A stretch of 64,000 bases of DNA from NCBI GenBank assembly GCA_964016885.1, contig OZ024750.1:1364001-1428000 (forward strand), given 5' to 3'. This document shows, one piece after another, positions 1-13,477 of the stretch. The notes under the pieces were generated by a model. It was not told the origin of the DNA and did not search any database. It saw nothing but the letters and a program-made list of their open reading frames with translations. Position 1 is the first letter of the stretch; every line of letters starts with the position of its first letter. Both the position numbers and the translations under genes were made by a program. This DNA comes from Eledone cirrhosa. Taxonomy: Eukaryota.

Positions 1-827
1 AAAACTGTGAAAATGCCTGTATTTTGTTTTGAGAAACCGAACGAAAGCCATTACAACAAATGATGCCAACTATTCAATGCATAAATTCTTAAGGTTGTTC
101 CACTATGAAGTTTCTGGACTCTACAACCATTCATAACAAACAACACTGATAGTTCCTCGGAAATAAAATCAGCTAGTTTAATCAGTTAAACCGACATCAG
201 AAATTCTCACCACTTTCTTTGAGTATTTAAGATGAACACAAATATTTTGATGTAATATACAAATTCTATTCTTGCGCCATCAGCCGGCAAATAATTTGGG
301 AATCGAAAAATCAATCTCGAAACCACTAACTGTGAAGTTGTGAGCATTGTTGTTAGTAGTGATGCGTGCTTTTAGACACACATTACAAAGCTAACAATAG
401 CAAAAATAGCGAGAGATAGATAAGGATATGTATAGAGAGATAGATAGAGAGAAGGAAAAGGAGAAGAATGACATAATCAGCATATTAGGTTTCTGTTTTC
501 CACTCTGGTCCTTCCTGCAGTGTTAAGCTTATCAGTTTACCAAAGACACTGCAACAGATTTAGATCAAAGTAATTATTCTGTCAAAGGATCTAAAGTGAA
601 TTATTACAAATGAAGTGGTGGGGGAAATACCCTACAAAGAAAGCACTACAGTGACGGGTTAAGTTCTGAACGTTTTGTTTGTGTTCTATATTACGAATAG
701 TACTGAAAACCAATACATAGTGACGGGTGTGACATAAACATAGGCCAGGGTAAAGAGGAAGAAAAACTGCTATGTCAGCTTAGTATTCAATGGGAAGTGA
801 GATACATATATTTTCGGTGGAATATAT

Positions 828-990
828 TAATTGTTTCTACTTTTGGCACAAGGCCAGCAATTATTCCAGTACATTACCGGTACTTTATTTTATTAACCCC
901 GTAAGGATGAAAGGCAAAGTTAACCTCGACGGGATTCGAACGCAGATCGTAAAGGAACGTAACTATGCTAGAAAGCATGGCGCCCGGTAG
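828..990 (-). mobile_element. SINE family A (tRNA-derived), partial copy
   Basis: Reverse complement of the recurring motif gaggttaactttgcctttcatccttacgggg...aaataaagtacc...gccttgtgccaaaagtagaaacaatta, seen about 20 times in the window. Confidence 0.85.
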
Positions 991-1226
991 GAATATATTA
1001 ATGAAGAACAATTTGTTGACTAAAATACCAGATATAATGCAAGATATGAAGAGCGTGTTGCATATATCAAGAAGCTCAAATATTTTCCTCATCAAAATAC
1101 CAGATGTTTTACATGGTCATGAGCCATATGCCTGCAACCACTGAAATATATATATATACTTATATATACATATACATAAACATACATATATATATATATA
1201 CATAAACATATATATATATATACATA

Positions 1227-1293
<67 letters not shown>

Positions 1294-1624
1294 GTGTATG
1301 GTGATATATATATAAAAATTAAATTATATATATATCAGTGTATATGTGTGTTTATGCGCAATGGGAGAGTGTATACACACATGCATACACACACGTATAT
1401 ATATATACGTGTGGGTTTAAATAATTAGCTTACATGGTAGAGGCTCTGTAAAGTTTGTGAAGTACAAACCTCAGTACTAGTACAGGAAACATTGTGTATA
1501 TTTTCAGGGAGACAGCTCCTACACGATTATAACAGTCACATGGTAATTTATTAGACACTTTCTTTGTATAAACATATGTATCAAAGGCCATAGACACATG
1601 CATATATACATACATGCGAACATA

Positions 1625-1694
<70 letters not shown>

Positions 1695-1699
1695 ATTAT

Positions 1700-1837
1700 A
1701 AAGAGTTGGGAACCGAAGGCTGAGCTGGTGCCGTTTATATTATTGTTGCTCTCTATAATATAACCTTACTCTACTACTCCAAGTATCGAGTACTCTGTTG
1801 AGTAATGGTCTAACCAGTTTCAAACTGAAGACGTCCG
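1700..1837 (+). mobile_element. Degenerate copy of TA-embedded family F2 (PLE/retrozyme-like)
   Basis: Between (TA)n tracts; contains actctactactccaagtatcgagtactctg, shared with 22081-22130 and 41485-41520. Confidence 0.6.
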
Positions 1838-1935
1838 TATATATATATATAAGTTTATCCCGGGTTCAATCGGGGGTAACTACAGTAAGTAAGGTACTCA
1901 ATACAAAGCAGAGTATAAATATTTAATATAGAAAA

Positions 1936-1985
1936 GGCTTCTACAGGACTAGAACTGTTTCATTCGGGAGAAATCGTCAGGAGCC
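1936..1985 (-). ncRNA. Type I hammerhead ribozyme motif, family F1
   Basis: Minus strand reads ggctc CTGACGA tttc-tccc-gaat GAAA cag-ttctagtc-ctg TA gaagcc. It is the left arm of a palindrome at 1936-2030. Confidence 0.7.
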
Positions 1986-2030
1986 CTGATGATTTCTCCC
2001 GAATGAAATAGTTGTAGTCCTGTAGATGCC

Positions 2031-2062
<32 letters not shown>

Positions 2063-2548
2063 ATATATGTGTGTGTATATCTATGTACATGTACATCTTT
2101 CTATGTTTCTGTGCTAGTATTGTGTGTGTGCCTATGTATTCCATTCCATAAAGAGAAAAGCATTCGAAAGAAGTAAACAGACTGTACCAGTTTCTCTTCA
2201 TAGACACTAGTTGATTCACTGATGATGTTATCCTCTATATTCTGTCTTTTTCCCAGTTCTTACATTTAACCAATGAGAACTTCTGTCATTCAATTATATT
2301 CTTATTCAGTCTGTCATTCAGAGGTTCCGTTAGTGGGTAAATTTAAACTTTCTCTATAACAGTTATTTTCGACTATACGACCCCACCAAATGAATTCAAA
2401 CTACAAATATTTTTAAAGAACGGACACACAAACACAAGTCCAATATGATTGAAGCTTATATTATTGATGGAATATTTCATTTGGATACTAAAATATATAT
2501 AGAATGTATAAATATTCAAATATGGCAATATGTGAACACAGATATCCT

Positions 2549-2593
<45 letters not shown>

Positions 2594-2740
2594 ACACATA
2601 TATATAAAGAGTGAATCTATATCTGTCTCTGTCTCTGTGCGTGTGCGTGTGCGTGTGTATTTGTGTAAGAAAATATACACATATACGGATCCATAAATAC
2701 AGCTCACACACACATACACACACATGTATATATATATACA

Positions 2741-2829
<89 letters not shown>

Positions 2830-3104
2830 TTAAGTCCATATGATAAACACATATCAGACTCTACAAGTATGTATCGTATACTTTCACGCCTTTGTAATAG
2901 AAAATAAAAGATGTATCTACACGCGTGAGTATAGATGAGAGAAATATTTGCATACACATGCGGATAACACATATACGAGTAACACTTAGAGATATAGAGG
3001 CTCATACATTAACATGTTATAGTTTAATAGGTGGTCGACAGCGATAAGTGGAATAACATCAACATCGATATAAATATATGCAGACAAATATATTTCCATA
3101 ATTC

Positions 3105-3145
<41 letters not shown>

Positions 3146-3168
3146 GATACATTCATGTCTGTGTGTAA

Positions 3169-3211
<43 letters not shown>

Positions 3212-3516
3212 CCTGCGTATGTTTCTGTTTCTGTGTGTGTTTGTGTTTGTGAGTGTGTTTGTGAATACACACATTCGCTCTATTCCTGTCCATCGGTAAT
3301 CTCTGATAAATGTGCTCTAGTTATCTCCATACTCACAATAAACTTCTATGCTGTGTCACCAAAAAAAAATCAATGCTGGTTTTAAGCGAAGGGCGTTACT
3401 ACCCAACAGTAGATATAGTGATAAAAGATAAGAGAACCAGTCAAGATGGACGCAGTTTAAAAGTGTGAATCAAATTATGGGGTGAGATGAAAATTATTAA
3501 GTAGGGGAAGATAAAA

Positions 3517-3594
<78 letters not shown>

Positions 3595-3651
3595 AGAGGG
3601 ATAAATTAGGTATGAGACCCGTTGCCTAGGGACTTGCGTCATTCAAATCCC

Positions 3652-3722
3652 TAATTAATGCCCTGACGAAGTTTTAGTATTACCAGGAAATACTTATGTT
3701 GAAACTCGCGTAGACATAATTA
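3652..3722 (+). ncRNA. Minimal type I hammerhead ribozyme motif, family F4
   Basis: taattaatgcc CTGACGA (agtatt/aatact stem II) GAAA c-tcgc-g TA gacataatta, inside an island at 3594-3756 flanked by (TA)n. Confidence 0.65.
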
Positions 3723-3751
3723 AAATGCTTTGAAGTACATTCTTTGGCTGC

Positions 3752-3824
<73 letters not shown>

Positions 3825-3831
<7 letters not shown>

Positions 3832-3994
3832 CAGATTAAAGTGTATGCAAAGAATCGCTGAATCGCTGCTTTCACCCTTAACGGGATCTTCTGAAACTAA
3901 ATATCTGCTCTAGGCTTCTTATATATTTGATATTTATTTATCCTTATCGAGCCCTCTTTGGATTTTAGTCTTCTTCACATTTATTATTATTACT
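3825..3994. mobile_element. Family F3 HHR-like element: inverted ribozyme part plus forward tail
   Basis: 3825-3898 matches 54970-55034 in the same orientation, while 3899-3994 is the reverse complement of 54874-54965; flanked by (TA)n. Confidence 0.7.
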
Positions 3995-4382
3995 ATATAT
4001 ATATATATATATATAAATTTCAGTTACTTTAGACAGTGTATTCAAGCTCTTCTTTGCTATGGTGTCCCTTCGACTTCATTGGCAATAGGGGAAAAAGCAG
4101 TCCTCGCCTAGTAATATCCATGCTTTCCTATATGATTATTCATCCTATATCTTATTCGTGAACATTCGTTCTTTTTATCCAACCAATTCATCAAACCAAT
4201 GTCTGCTCGCTGCTAGAAGTAATATATCTCTAGCGATTTTAACGATGATTTTAAAAACAAAAGACCATAGAATCAAGTATCAGAGAATGTATCGTAAATA
4301 CCCAGCGGCCCAGTTTCTGAAAAGATGACAAGATGAAGGCCATGGGGTCTGCTTTATTACGCCGTAGTTGGGATTAAGTTGC

Positions 4383-4667
4383 AGCAACAACAACAGCAGT
4401 AACAGCAACAATAATAACAACAAAAATAACAAGAAGAAGAATATAAACAACAACAACAGCAGTAACAGCAACAATAACAGTAACAACAACAGCAACAGTA
4501 ACAACAACAGTAACAACAACAGTAACAACAGTAACAACAACAGTAACAACAACAGCAACAACAACAGTAACAACAACAGCAACAACAACAACAACAACAA
4601 CAGCAGCAGCAACAACAACAACAGTAACAACAACAATAATAGCAACAGTAACAGAAACAGTAACAGA
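4383..4667. repeat. Compound (AAC/AGC/AGT)n trinucleotide microsatellite
   Basis: Read directly; explains the poly-N, poly-L and poly-C ORFs. Confidence 0.95.
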
Positions 4668-5392
4668 AATATATTTTTATCAGGTTTACAACAGTAAACA
4701 GAAAATAAAATAAAATATAAAAAAAGAATAACAATAAAAAATAAATGATTATTATGATTAAAAAAAAGAAGAAAATCAGGAAAATAAAATGCAAGTAAAA
4801 ATAAAATCGATACATGTGACTAAAAGGATTGATTGATTATACGGTGTAAGGAAAGACGGGAAGAATGTTCGACGTTTCGGGCAGTGGTGCTTTCTCTTTA
4901 CTGGTTACAGTTATCTGTTTATAGTGCAGCCTGAACATTTATAAATTTATATTAGAGAGTGACACCCAGACACAAATCACAAACACACACAAACCATACA
5001 CGCCTATATAGGCGCGTACACACACATAAACACACAATATATACGAATACATACCTACTAGCACGGACACACACATATATACAAACATAGTACTTATATA
5101 CTTTAAGAGAGAACAGGAGAGACACGGTGAATAAATAAAGAACTTGTGAGAGTCTCCCTTAATTAGGGACGCTTATAGCGCCACGACTGTGTCTACGTGT
5201 GTGTGCGTGTGTTTCTGTGTGAATGTGTGCGTGTGTATGTTTGCGGCGTACTTTCTCCCGTAGATGAAACATTATCCGGTAATTTGAAGAAATTTGATTA
5301 CGATTGTTTAAAGGAGAAATGGTAGAGGAGATTCTAGTGAAAGAGGCGGATTAAAGAGATTAATTCATACATGCAACATGCATATATATATA

Positions 5393-5491
5393 CAGGGTGT
5401 CCCACAACATGTATACACACTTTGATTACCTGTTTTGACAATTTTTATTAGAATGGTATTGAAGTGTGTATACATTTTGGGGGACACCTTT
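5393..5491. mobile_element. Tc1/mariner-type MITE
   Basis: ta|cagggtgtcccacaacatgtatacacactt ... aagtgtgtatacattttgggggacacct form about 30-bp imperfect terminal inverted repeats after a TA. Confidence 0.65.
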
Positions 5492-5523
<32 letters not shown>

Positions 5524-5571
5524 GCCGTCGTGGTCCTGAATCTTTTCACATATATATATAAGTATATATAT

Positions 5572-5574
<3 letters not shown>

Positions 5575-5668
<94 letters not shown>
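5575..5668. repeat. (GA)n microsatellite
   Basis: Read directly. Confidence 0.95.
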
Positions 5669-5670
<2 letters not shown>

Positions 5671-6001
5671 AGAACTGATCCTCTATTTCCACCATATATT
5701 CTCATCTCAGCCACTGACATAAACACAGGTAATTTCTTGAAGGTTACTTTACCTACTAGAAATGACAGTTAAATCATCATTAAGAAGAGATCACGTTAGA
5801 TAATATTGACATAAGATACACCTAAAAGACGTGACTGCCACGGCTGGAATGTCTTTAATGATAGGTCTGTATGATAAATGTCCACATGCTTCTCAACATC
5901 TCTGTTACCATAGTAACTTCATTTATTACACACTCCCATTCTTATCACTGTAATTCACTTTAACTGTTCTTGATGTTGTTGCAGTACAAAATGTCGTCAA
6001 T

Positions 6002-6630
6002 ATCATCATCATCATCATGTTCATCACATCATCATCGCCAGCCTCGCCGTCATCACCAACCCCACCACTACCTTTGCCACCACCGTTGGCATCATCATCA
6101 CCGTAATCATCATCGCCATCATCATCATCATCAGACAGGAGCCACTGCTATCAACGTTGCTATTATCTCTGTACTTTAACCATCACTATACAGCCATGAT
6201 TGTCAGACCCCCCCCCCCCCCCCACACACACACCATACATCCCGGACTTCCTCTATAACCATTAGCATTCTAAACACTAATGCCATCACCGCCATCACCA
6301 CCGCCACCATCACCACCGCCACCATCACCATCACCACCGTCACCACAACAACTATAATTAGACAACAGCTAATTCTTCATCCGCCCAACACCACTAAAGG
6401 TAAGAAAGAAAGAGAGAAAGAGAGAGAGAAAGACTAAGAGAGAGAGAAAGTTCTTGAAAGAGTGTAAGGGAGAGAGAGTGAGGAAGAGACTGTAAGGAAG
6501 AGAGAGAGTGAGGAAGAGAGTGAGTGAGGAAGAGAGTGAGTGAGGGAGAGAGTAAGTGAGGGAGAGAGTGAGTGAGGGAGAAAGGGAGTGAGGGAGAAAG
6601 GGACAGACTGACAGACAGACAGACAGACAA
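6002..6630. repeat. Low-complexity (CAT/CAC)n followed by GA-rich degenerate repeats
   Basis: Read directly. Confidence 0.85.
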
Positions 6631-6937
6631 TCAGATGATATGTTTAAAAGAGTGAAAAATGCTGACCTTGCTGAAAGTTATAATTACATTGATGACAACT
6701 GTAGCGTTTGTTGGCTTCAGTTCATGTAATGGTAAACAGAAAGCAGTGGGTCAGAGAGTGTAAAGATGGCGCTAGACACTTGTGACATGATAAACAAGGG
6801 TAACTGACAGTCGTCAAATAGATTCTAACTATTACATAGATTAGCTTGCCAGTGATGGATACAGCTCAATGGAGTTGGAAGAAAAATATTACATTTCAAG
6901 AAAGTAAGGTTTCCATGAAATATTCTTGGCATTATTA

Positions 6938-7126
6938 GTGGATTGGCAGTATCGGTAGAGGGTCGGACACCATGCTTTGAAGCATAGAGTTACGTCCCTT
7001 TATGATCTGAGTTCAAATCTCGCCGAGGTTAACTTTGCCTTTCATCCTTACGGGGTCGATAAAATAAAGTACCAGTAATGTACTGGTTAATTGCTGGCCT
7101 TATGCCAAAAGTATAAACAATTATTA
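6938..7126 (+). mobile_element. SINE family A
   Basis: A-box-like tggcagtatcggtaga, B-box gagttcaaatc, central gcctttcatccttacggggtcgataaaataaagtaccag (resembles the Meta/MESC SINE domain, from recall), (ATT) tail. Confidence 0.9.
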
Positions 7127-7928
7127 TGTAAAGTAAATGTAGTCTAGTTATTTTATTGGGGGAATCAGTTCGAAATATTTCTGATATCGAGTACAATTTT
7201 AAATATACTGTTGAATGGGAAATAGAATGAACGTACATGAGAGAGAGAGAGAGAGAGAGATAGAGAGGTGGAGAGAGAGAGATAGAGATAGAGAAAAAGA
7301 GGTGGAGAGATAGATAGAGAAAGAGAGGTGGAGAGAGAGAGAGAGAGGTGGAGAGATAGAGTGAGAGAGAAGGAGAGACACACACAGAGTTCGACTTACA
7401 ATCTTCCATTCCCCCACAATACCTACACAAATACATCGATAGAAACTATAGTTAATATCGCTATGAACATTAAATGTGGATTAAATCTGTAGTAATAATT
7501 AGATGAAGAATGAAGACATTTTTTATTATTTCATATTATAGATTTCATCTTCAGTAAAACACTGTGCTCACGGTGTATAGAGACCCTCCAAAAATGGTAA
7601 CATTAGGGCAATTAGCGGTCGTCTTGAACAAAGTCAAGTCAATGGCTGGAAATACTAAATAACAATAAACAAACAAACAATACAAGACAAAAAAAAAACT
7701 AAAGAAGAAAAGAATCATAATTCTAGAGGGCCGATGTTCTGGAATGGAAAGAAAGACTCAGCATAATGGCTAATGTAAAGTCAAGAGGTATGACATTCCA
7801 ATATTTGTGATGAAATGAGGAGAGACGAGTGAGCCGGAAAGGTTTTATTGGAGGTGCAAAGTGACCCGGCAGCAAACTCCGAGGAGAAAAGACGACAGTG
7901 GAGGCAGAGTGAAGAGCCGGTGCCTGTG

Positions 7929-8168
7929 TAGATTTAATTGTGGGGTGTATATATTATATAGATTTAATTGTGGGGTGTATATATTATATAGATTTAATTG
8001 TGGGGGTGTATATATTATATAGATTTAATTGTGGGGGTGTATATATTATATAGATTTAATTGTGGGGGTGTATATATTATATAGATTTAATTGTGGGGGT
8101 GTATATATTATATAGATTTAATTGTGGGGGTGTATATATTATATAGATTTAATTGTGGGGTGTATATA
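7929..8168. repeat. Minisatellite, 30-31 bp unit, about 8 copies
   Basis: tagatttaattgtgggg(g)tgtatatattata repeated head to tail. Confidence 0.95.
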
Positions 8169-8570
8169 AGTCAGTTGATCCCTCAATATTTACCTCTGAT
8201 TTCGTTGTAGATTTTTTAGCGCATTGGCACAACGGAAATATATTACCGATTTCTTGTTCTCTGTCAAAACATTTATAATAACCAATAAATAAGCTGCCCT
8301 AATGATCTCTTTTTCTCTTTTGATTGGAATTAAAATCTTTCCGAAGAAAATGTGCAATTAAATTGACATAAGTTCAAAACAATTTAGTTAGATATACACA
8401 GATGTCATTTCCGTTTAATGCCTTCACAATGTCTGGGAATTATTTACCTATGAATAATCATTTTGATAACTAAAATCTGGCCAGGCAAGACCTTTCAGAA
8501 AATATTCATTCAAATCTTAAATAGTTTCTACTCTGGTTTTGCCAAAACTATAAATCGACAACATTATTTT

Positions 8571-8908
8571 GGTGGATTGGCAGTATCGTTAGAGGGCCGG
8601 ACGCCATGCTTTGCAGCAAAGACTTACGGCCCTATATGGTCTGAGTTCAAATCCCGCTGAGGTTAACTTTGCCTTTTATCCTTACGGGGTCGATAAAATA
8701 AAGTACCAGTAATGCACTGGTTAATTGCTGGCCTTGTTACAAAAGTAGAAACAATTATTTTGGTGGATTGGCAGTATCGTTAGAGAGTCGGACGTCATGC
8801 TTTGTAGCAAAGAGTTACGGCCCTTTATGATCTGAGTTCAAATCCCTCCGAGGTTAACTTTGCCTTTCATCCTTACGGGGGTCGATAAAATAAAGTAAAA
8901 ACAATTAT
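8571..8908 (+). mobile_element. Head-to-tail pair of SINE family A
   Basis: ggtggattggcagtatcgttagag heads at about 8571 and 8762, each followed by the central domain. Confidence 0.9.
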
Positions 8909-10208
8909 TTTTTAAAACTAAATAAATCTTCTAACATTCCATTTCTAGTACAACACACTCGATAGAAGGAAATTAACTGTAAATATTCACAAGTCAAATA
9001 TGTGCACATTGGTGAGAAAGTTACTTCCCATATTTCGCCGTTATTTCATACCAATATAATCACCACAGATCCATCTAACAAGATTATTCTATTTAATAAA
9101 TACTTTAATTGTAATTGCTCAGTCTTATCTCCATAATTGTCTAGACTTTATCGAATAAACATTTATCCAATAGACGATGTTTTCGTTTTCTTGAAGACTA
9201 TTGAAAAATGCTTATGTTCACATAAATTCTATTATATCTGCTTGTTATAGCTCACTGTCTAAGACTTCGTTTTTAATATTTTGCCAAAATATTTATCAAG
9301 TTATAATTCCAGTAAAATGGGAGCCGACTTGTGTAGGATCAATTAACAAAATTAAATGTAATTTAAAAGATATCACTATTAACTTCAACGTTGTATATTA
9401 CTTGTGTATATTATCAACATACTTCCTCTGATGTCGTAAAACCAGATCTAATGGAGACGTATTCTCGTATGCATCTCACTTATGTCATGATCCTCAACAC
9501 CAGCAAACTTTTCGACTGAGTCTGGCTAGGAATGTGTTTGTCAAAACTGCTCGTCCCTCAATTATTTGATCAGTACCTTACTGTTACATCGCTCTGTTAA
9601 ATATCCTTGGACAAAACTCTACCAATACTGCTGTGACCTGTGTTAGATTATGTGATTTAACATCTCACTCAATAAACTGACCACCAATTTGACACATGAC
9701 CTCCAGAAATGCCCACTCTTACAGAGATATCACCCTTCATTCCTCCTTAAATCTAGGGTGTCTCTCAATCAATCTTTATCTTTCTTTTTCTCACTCTCTC
9801 TCACTTTAATTACCCCCCCCCTCTCTTCATATCAAAATTTCAGTTTAACATATTTTATTAGAAATCACGCGAAGCACGTGTTTCGCAAATGACCAGCTCG
9901 GAGCATTAATCAATTACAATCAGTTCGACTCTAAAATCAATTTGTTAGTCAGTCGCAATGGCAATTAGAATCGGAATATTTACATCTCTGTAGTAATTAA
10001 CGTTCCTCCGTAACTGGCTTATAGTTTACTGCCTTGATGTTTGCTGTCTATCCACCAATATATTTGGTAATTTGGTTAATCAAGTCATTATTTGATTGTT
10101 TGATTATGTTGTCTTTGGTCTTTTTATAGGAATATCGTGAAGCTTAAATGCCAGAGACAATATGGTATCGGCCTAACTAACAAATGTGACAGGTTGAGTT
10201 TAAATAAT

Positions 10209-10392
10209 TGTTTCTACTTTTGGCACAAGGCCAACAATTACTCAGTACATTACTGGTACTTTATTTTATCGACCCCGTAAGGATGAAAGGCAAAGTTAAC
10301 CTCAGCGGGATTTGAACTCAGACTGTAAAGGGACGTAACTATGCTAGAAAGCATGGCGTCCAACCCTCTACCGATACTGCCAATTCACCGCC
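10209..10392 (-). mobile_element. Full-length SINE family A within a 19-bp target-site duplication
   Basis: Complete head-to-tail match; caggttgagtttaaataat occurs at 10190-10208 and 10531-10549. Confidence 0.9.
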
Positions 10393-10394
10393 CT

Positions 10395-11892
10395 CAGTGC
10401 AAGAATACATAAGTGAGAGCAAAGCAGACGGTATTGTCATTCAACTTCCTGTTTCTGAAGCAAAACACGAATTTAATCAAGTGACAAAGTCTATTGATGT
10501 GAAGGCATTAGGTTTTTCTGTTACTACCCCCAGGTTGAGTTTAAATAATGTCGTTCTATTGTTGGCCACAATCAGCAGCGTTGGTACTATTTACATCGGT
10601 TAGGAGAATTATTTCATCATCAATTAGTAGAACAGCGAGTAGGAGACACACACACTACTACTAGGTATATGGCTGTACAAATCACAAATTCACCAATTGT
10701 AAAGTCAACTTAATACATCTAATGCAATCTAAGCACGTCCTTATCAGCACTGAAAGGTTTTAGAGACCGAGTAAGCAATTTACTTAAGCGGAAACTGACC
10801 TGGCAGAAACCAATAAAAAAAATATTTTTTGCCGCAGTTAGCTTTAGCCAGAGAAAACGACAGAATAGAGAATGAGCTTGTGGAAACATTTTGAACATAA
10901 AAAAGCATCGCAAAAAAATGGCTAGCAGTGAGATGTGACCTCGATCATTTCTATGAGGTAAAATACAAAATATATATTATGGGTGCAAACGTAGGTGAAA
11001 CGAAACACGACACTTCGAAAGCAGCCCGACGGGATCGAGTAGTGGAAGCACAGTGTGGCAATAGGGCCATGATTTTATCTCTGACTGACCGTTAAATTGT
11101 ATTAGTAAAATGGAGGCTGGAGTCAAAAACATTTTAAAATGTAATACATACTTGAATTGAAATTGTTTCGAAATTAAATGGAGAATATCTATACTTTTGT
11201 GTCAGTTGTATACAAGAACTTAACTTTCTAAAGCTATATATCCTTTACATTATATGTATTTAATTTAATGAACTAATATGTAAAACATTTATATATATCA
11301 CCTGTGAATCTCTTCTTAGTGTTACAGTATATTGTCCACAATCTACACCCTTATGTCAGCTGTATACAAGAATTTAACTTTCTAAAGCTATATATGCTTT
11401 GCATATATCTCTTGTGAATCTCTTCTCAGTGTTACAGTATGTTGTCCATACCTTTTTCGACGTTACAACTCTACATTTAAAGTTCTAGAGATTTTATTGT
11501 TGCTATTACATTTGTATATTTTACTATTTCGTAAAGTTATTATGAATATTATATTTCAAAGTTAAAATATGAACATTAATTTATCTGCGATATATCTGTA
11601 AAAGTTTTTCATATTCCGTTAAGTAAATACATCTACTGCAAGGAAATACTTCAGAGTAACCAGCAACGATATAATCATGTATAAAGTCAGGAAATATTCA
11701 CTTCCTTTAAACTATTTGACCATAAAGCATTAATGACTAACATTTTCAATTATATTTCCGTAGTAACAGAAAAACCTAATGCCTTCACATCAATAGACTT
11801 TGTCACTTGATTAAATTCGTGTTTTGCTTCAGAAACAGGAAGTTGAATGACAATACCGTCTGCTTTGCTCTCACTTATGTATTCTTGCACTG
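10395..11892. repeat. Perfect 133-bp inverted repeat (10395-10527 / 11760-11892)
   Basis: Base-by-base reverse complement read by eye. Confidence 0.9.
11200..11450. repeat. Imperfect local direct duplication
   Basis: tgtcag.tgtatacaagaa.ttaactttctaaagctatatat and tgtgaatctcttct.agtgttacagtat each occur twice. Confidence 0.8.
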
Positions 11893-12107
11893 TTGGCATT
11901 ATTCTCTAGATCGGTAACACATGCTGAAATATCAAATAACAGTCGAGAAACATCATGAGAAACACTTATAAAATTATTAAAACAATTCTAATTATTTCAT
12001 ATCTCTCTTTGGAGTTCTTTGGAGTTCACTATTTCTCTGTTACAGTGAGAGATGTGGAGAGATGGAGGGAGTGAGAGTGGGAGTTTGGTCCCTTTGCGTT
12101 CGGACAT

Positions 12108-12176
<69 letters not shown>

Positions 12177-12894
12177 ATAAGAGAGAATGAATCTAAAAGC
12201 TTTTCCCGATATATGTAATGTTATTTCAGTAAAACCTTTGTTGTGTGTTTATATTGTTTTGAATACAAATTTCTGATTTTAAGGTCTCTAAATAGGAATC
12301 CACCACCAAGAGCTTTTATCAGGCAATCAAATATTATTTAGTTTACTGTCTAGTTAAAGACAACTGTTTTTGTTAGTCCTACACTTCTAATACTTTGTAT
12401 TATGATCTACAGGAAAATTATACACTATGATGGATGTTCGTTTCTGCTTACTTAAAGCTCACTAATCGGTCATAAAATAATTCTCTTAACTGATGTAAAC
12501 AGTACCAAAGCTCCTGATAGTAGCCAACAACAATAGGACATCATATTATTTAAAATCAACCTGACTGTCACGCTTGTGAGTTAGACCGATAACATAATAT
12601 CTCTAATATCTGCGACTCACGGTATTGCTATAAAAAGACCAAAGACAAACAAACGAATAATAAATTGATTAACAAGATTATCAAAGGAATTGCCGGATGC
12701 AGACAGCGAACAGCAAGAAAACAACTTATTTTATCTTTATTTATTTCACAGATAGACACAAGTTATCACGCAATATCTTCTTTTGCAGACATCACTACAC
12801 AAACTGTAGTGAGGGTAGCAATAGTAGTAGTAGTAGTAATAGTAGTGTTACTGTAGTAGTAGTAGTAGTAGTGTAGGTAGGAGGAAAGTCGACT

Positions 12895-13465
12895 ATATCT
12901 AGACATTAGTACTCTACTGATACGGAAAGGTAAAAGGCAAAGTTGACCTCAGTAGGAAATTGAACTCAGAGTGAAAAGGGACAAAACTAAATACCGCAAA
13001 GAATTTTGGTCGACGCACCAATGATTTTGGCATTTCACCCCAATAATGATGATGATGATGATAACGGTTTCTGATTTAGGTACATGGCCAGAAATTTGCG
13101 GTGAGGGAGAATTCGATTGAATCGACCCCAGTGAATTACTGGTACTTTATTTTATCGACTCCCATAAGGATGAAAGGCACAGTTAACCTTCGTGGGATTT
13201 GAACTCAGAACGTAAAGGGCCGTAACTATGTTAGAAAGTAGGGTGGCCGACCCTCTACCGATTCTGCCAGCCCCCTCCAATAATAATAATAATAATATTA
13301 GTACTAACAATAATAATTGTTTCTACTTTAGGCACAAGGCCAGCAATTATCAGTACATTACTGGTACTTTATTTTATCGACCCCGTAAGGATGAAAGGCA
13401 AAGTTGACCTCGGCGGGATTTGAACTCAGAATGGAAAGGGCCGTAACTCTATGCGTCAAAGCATG
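12895..13465 (-). mobile_element. Cluster of three SINE family A copies separated by (GAT)n/(TAA)n
   Basis: aaggca.agtt.acct...ttgaactcaga motif at about 12935, 13175 and 13395. Confidence 0.85.
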
Positions 13466-13477
13466 TACAATAATAAT

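Noticed and set aside
6938-7030. tRNA genes at SINE heads (also the 20310-20337 tRNA-like fragment)
   Set aside because: A and B boxes are present, but there is no full cloverleaf and the heads run into SINE bodies.
10397-10603. 68-aa ORF that looks like a normal protein
   Set aside because: It spans the captured inverted segment and the TSD, so it is a chimeric by-product.
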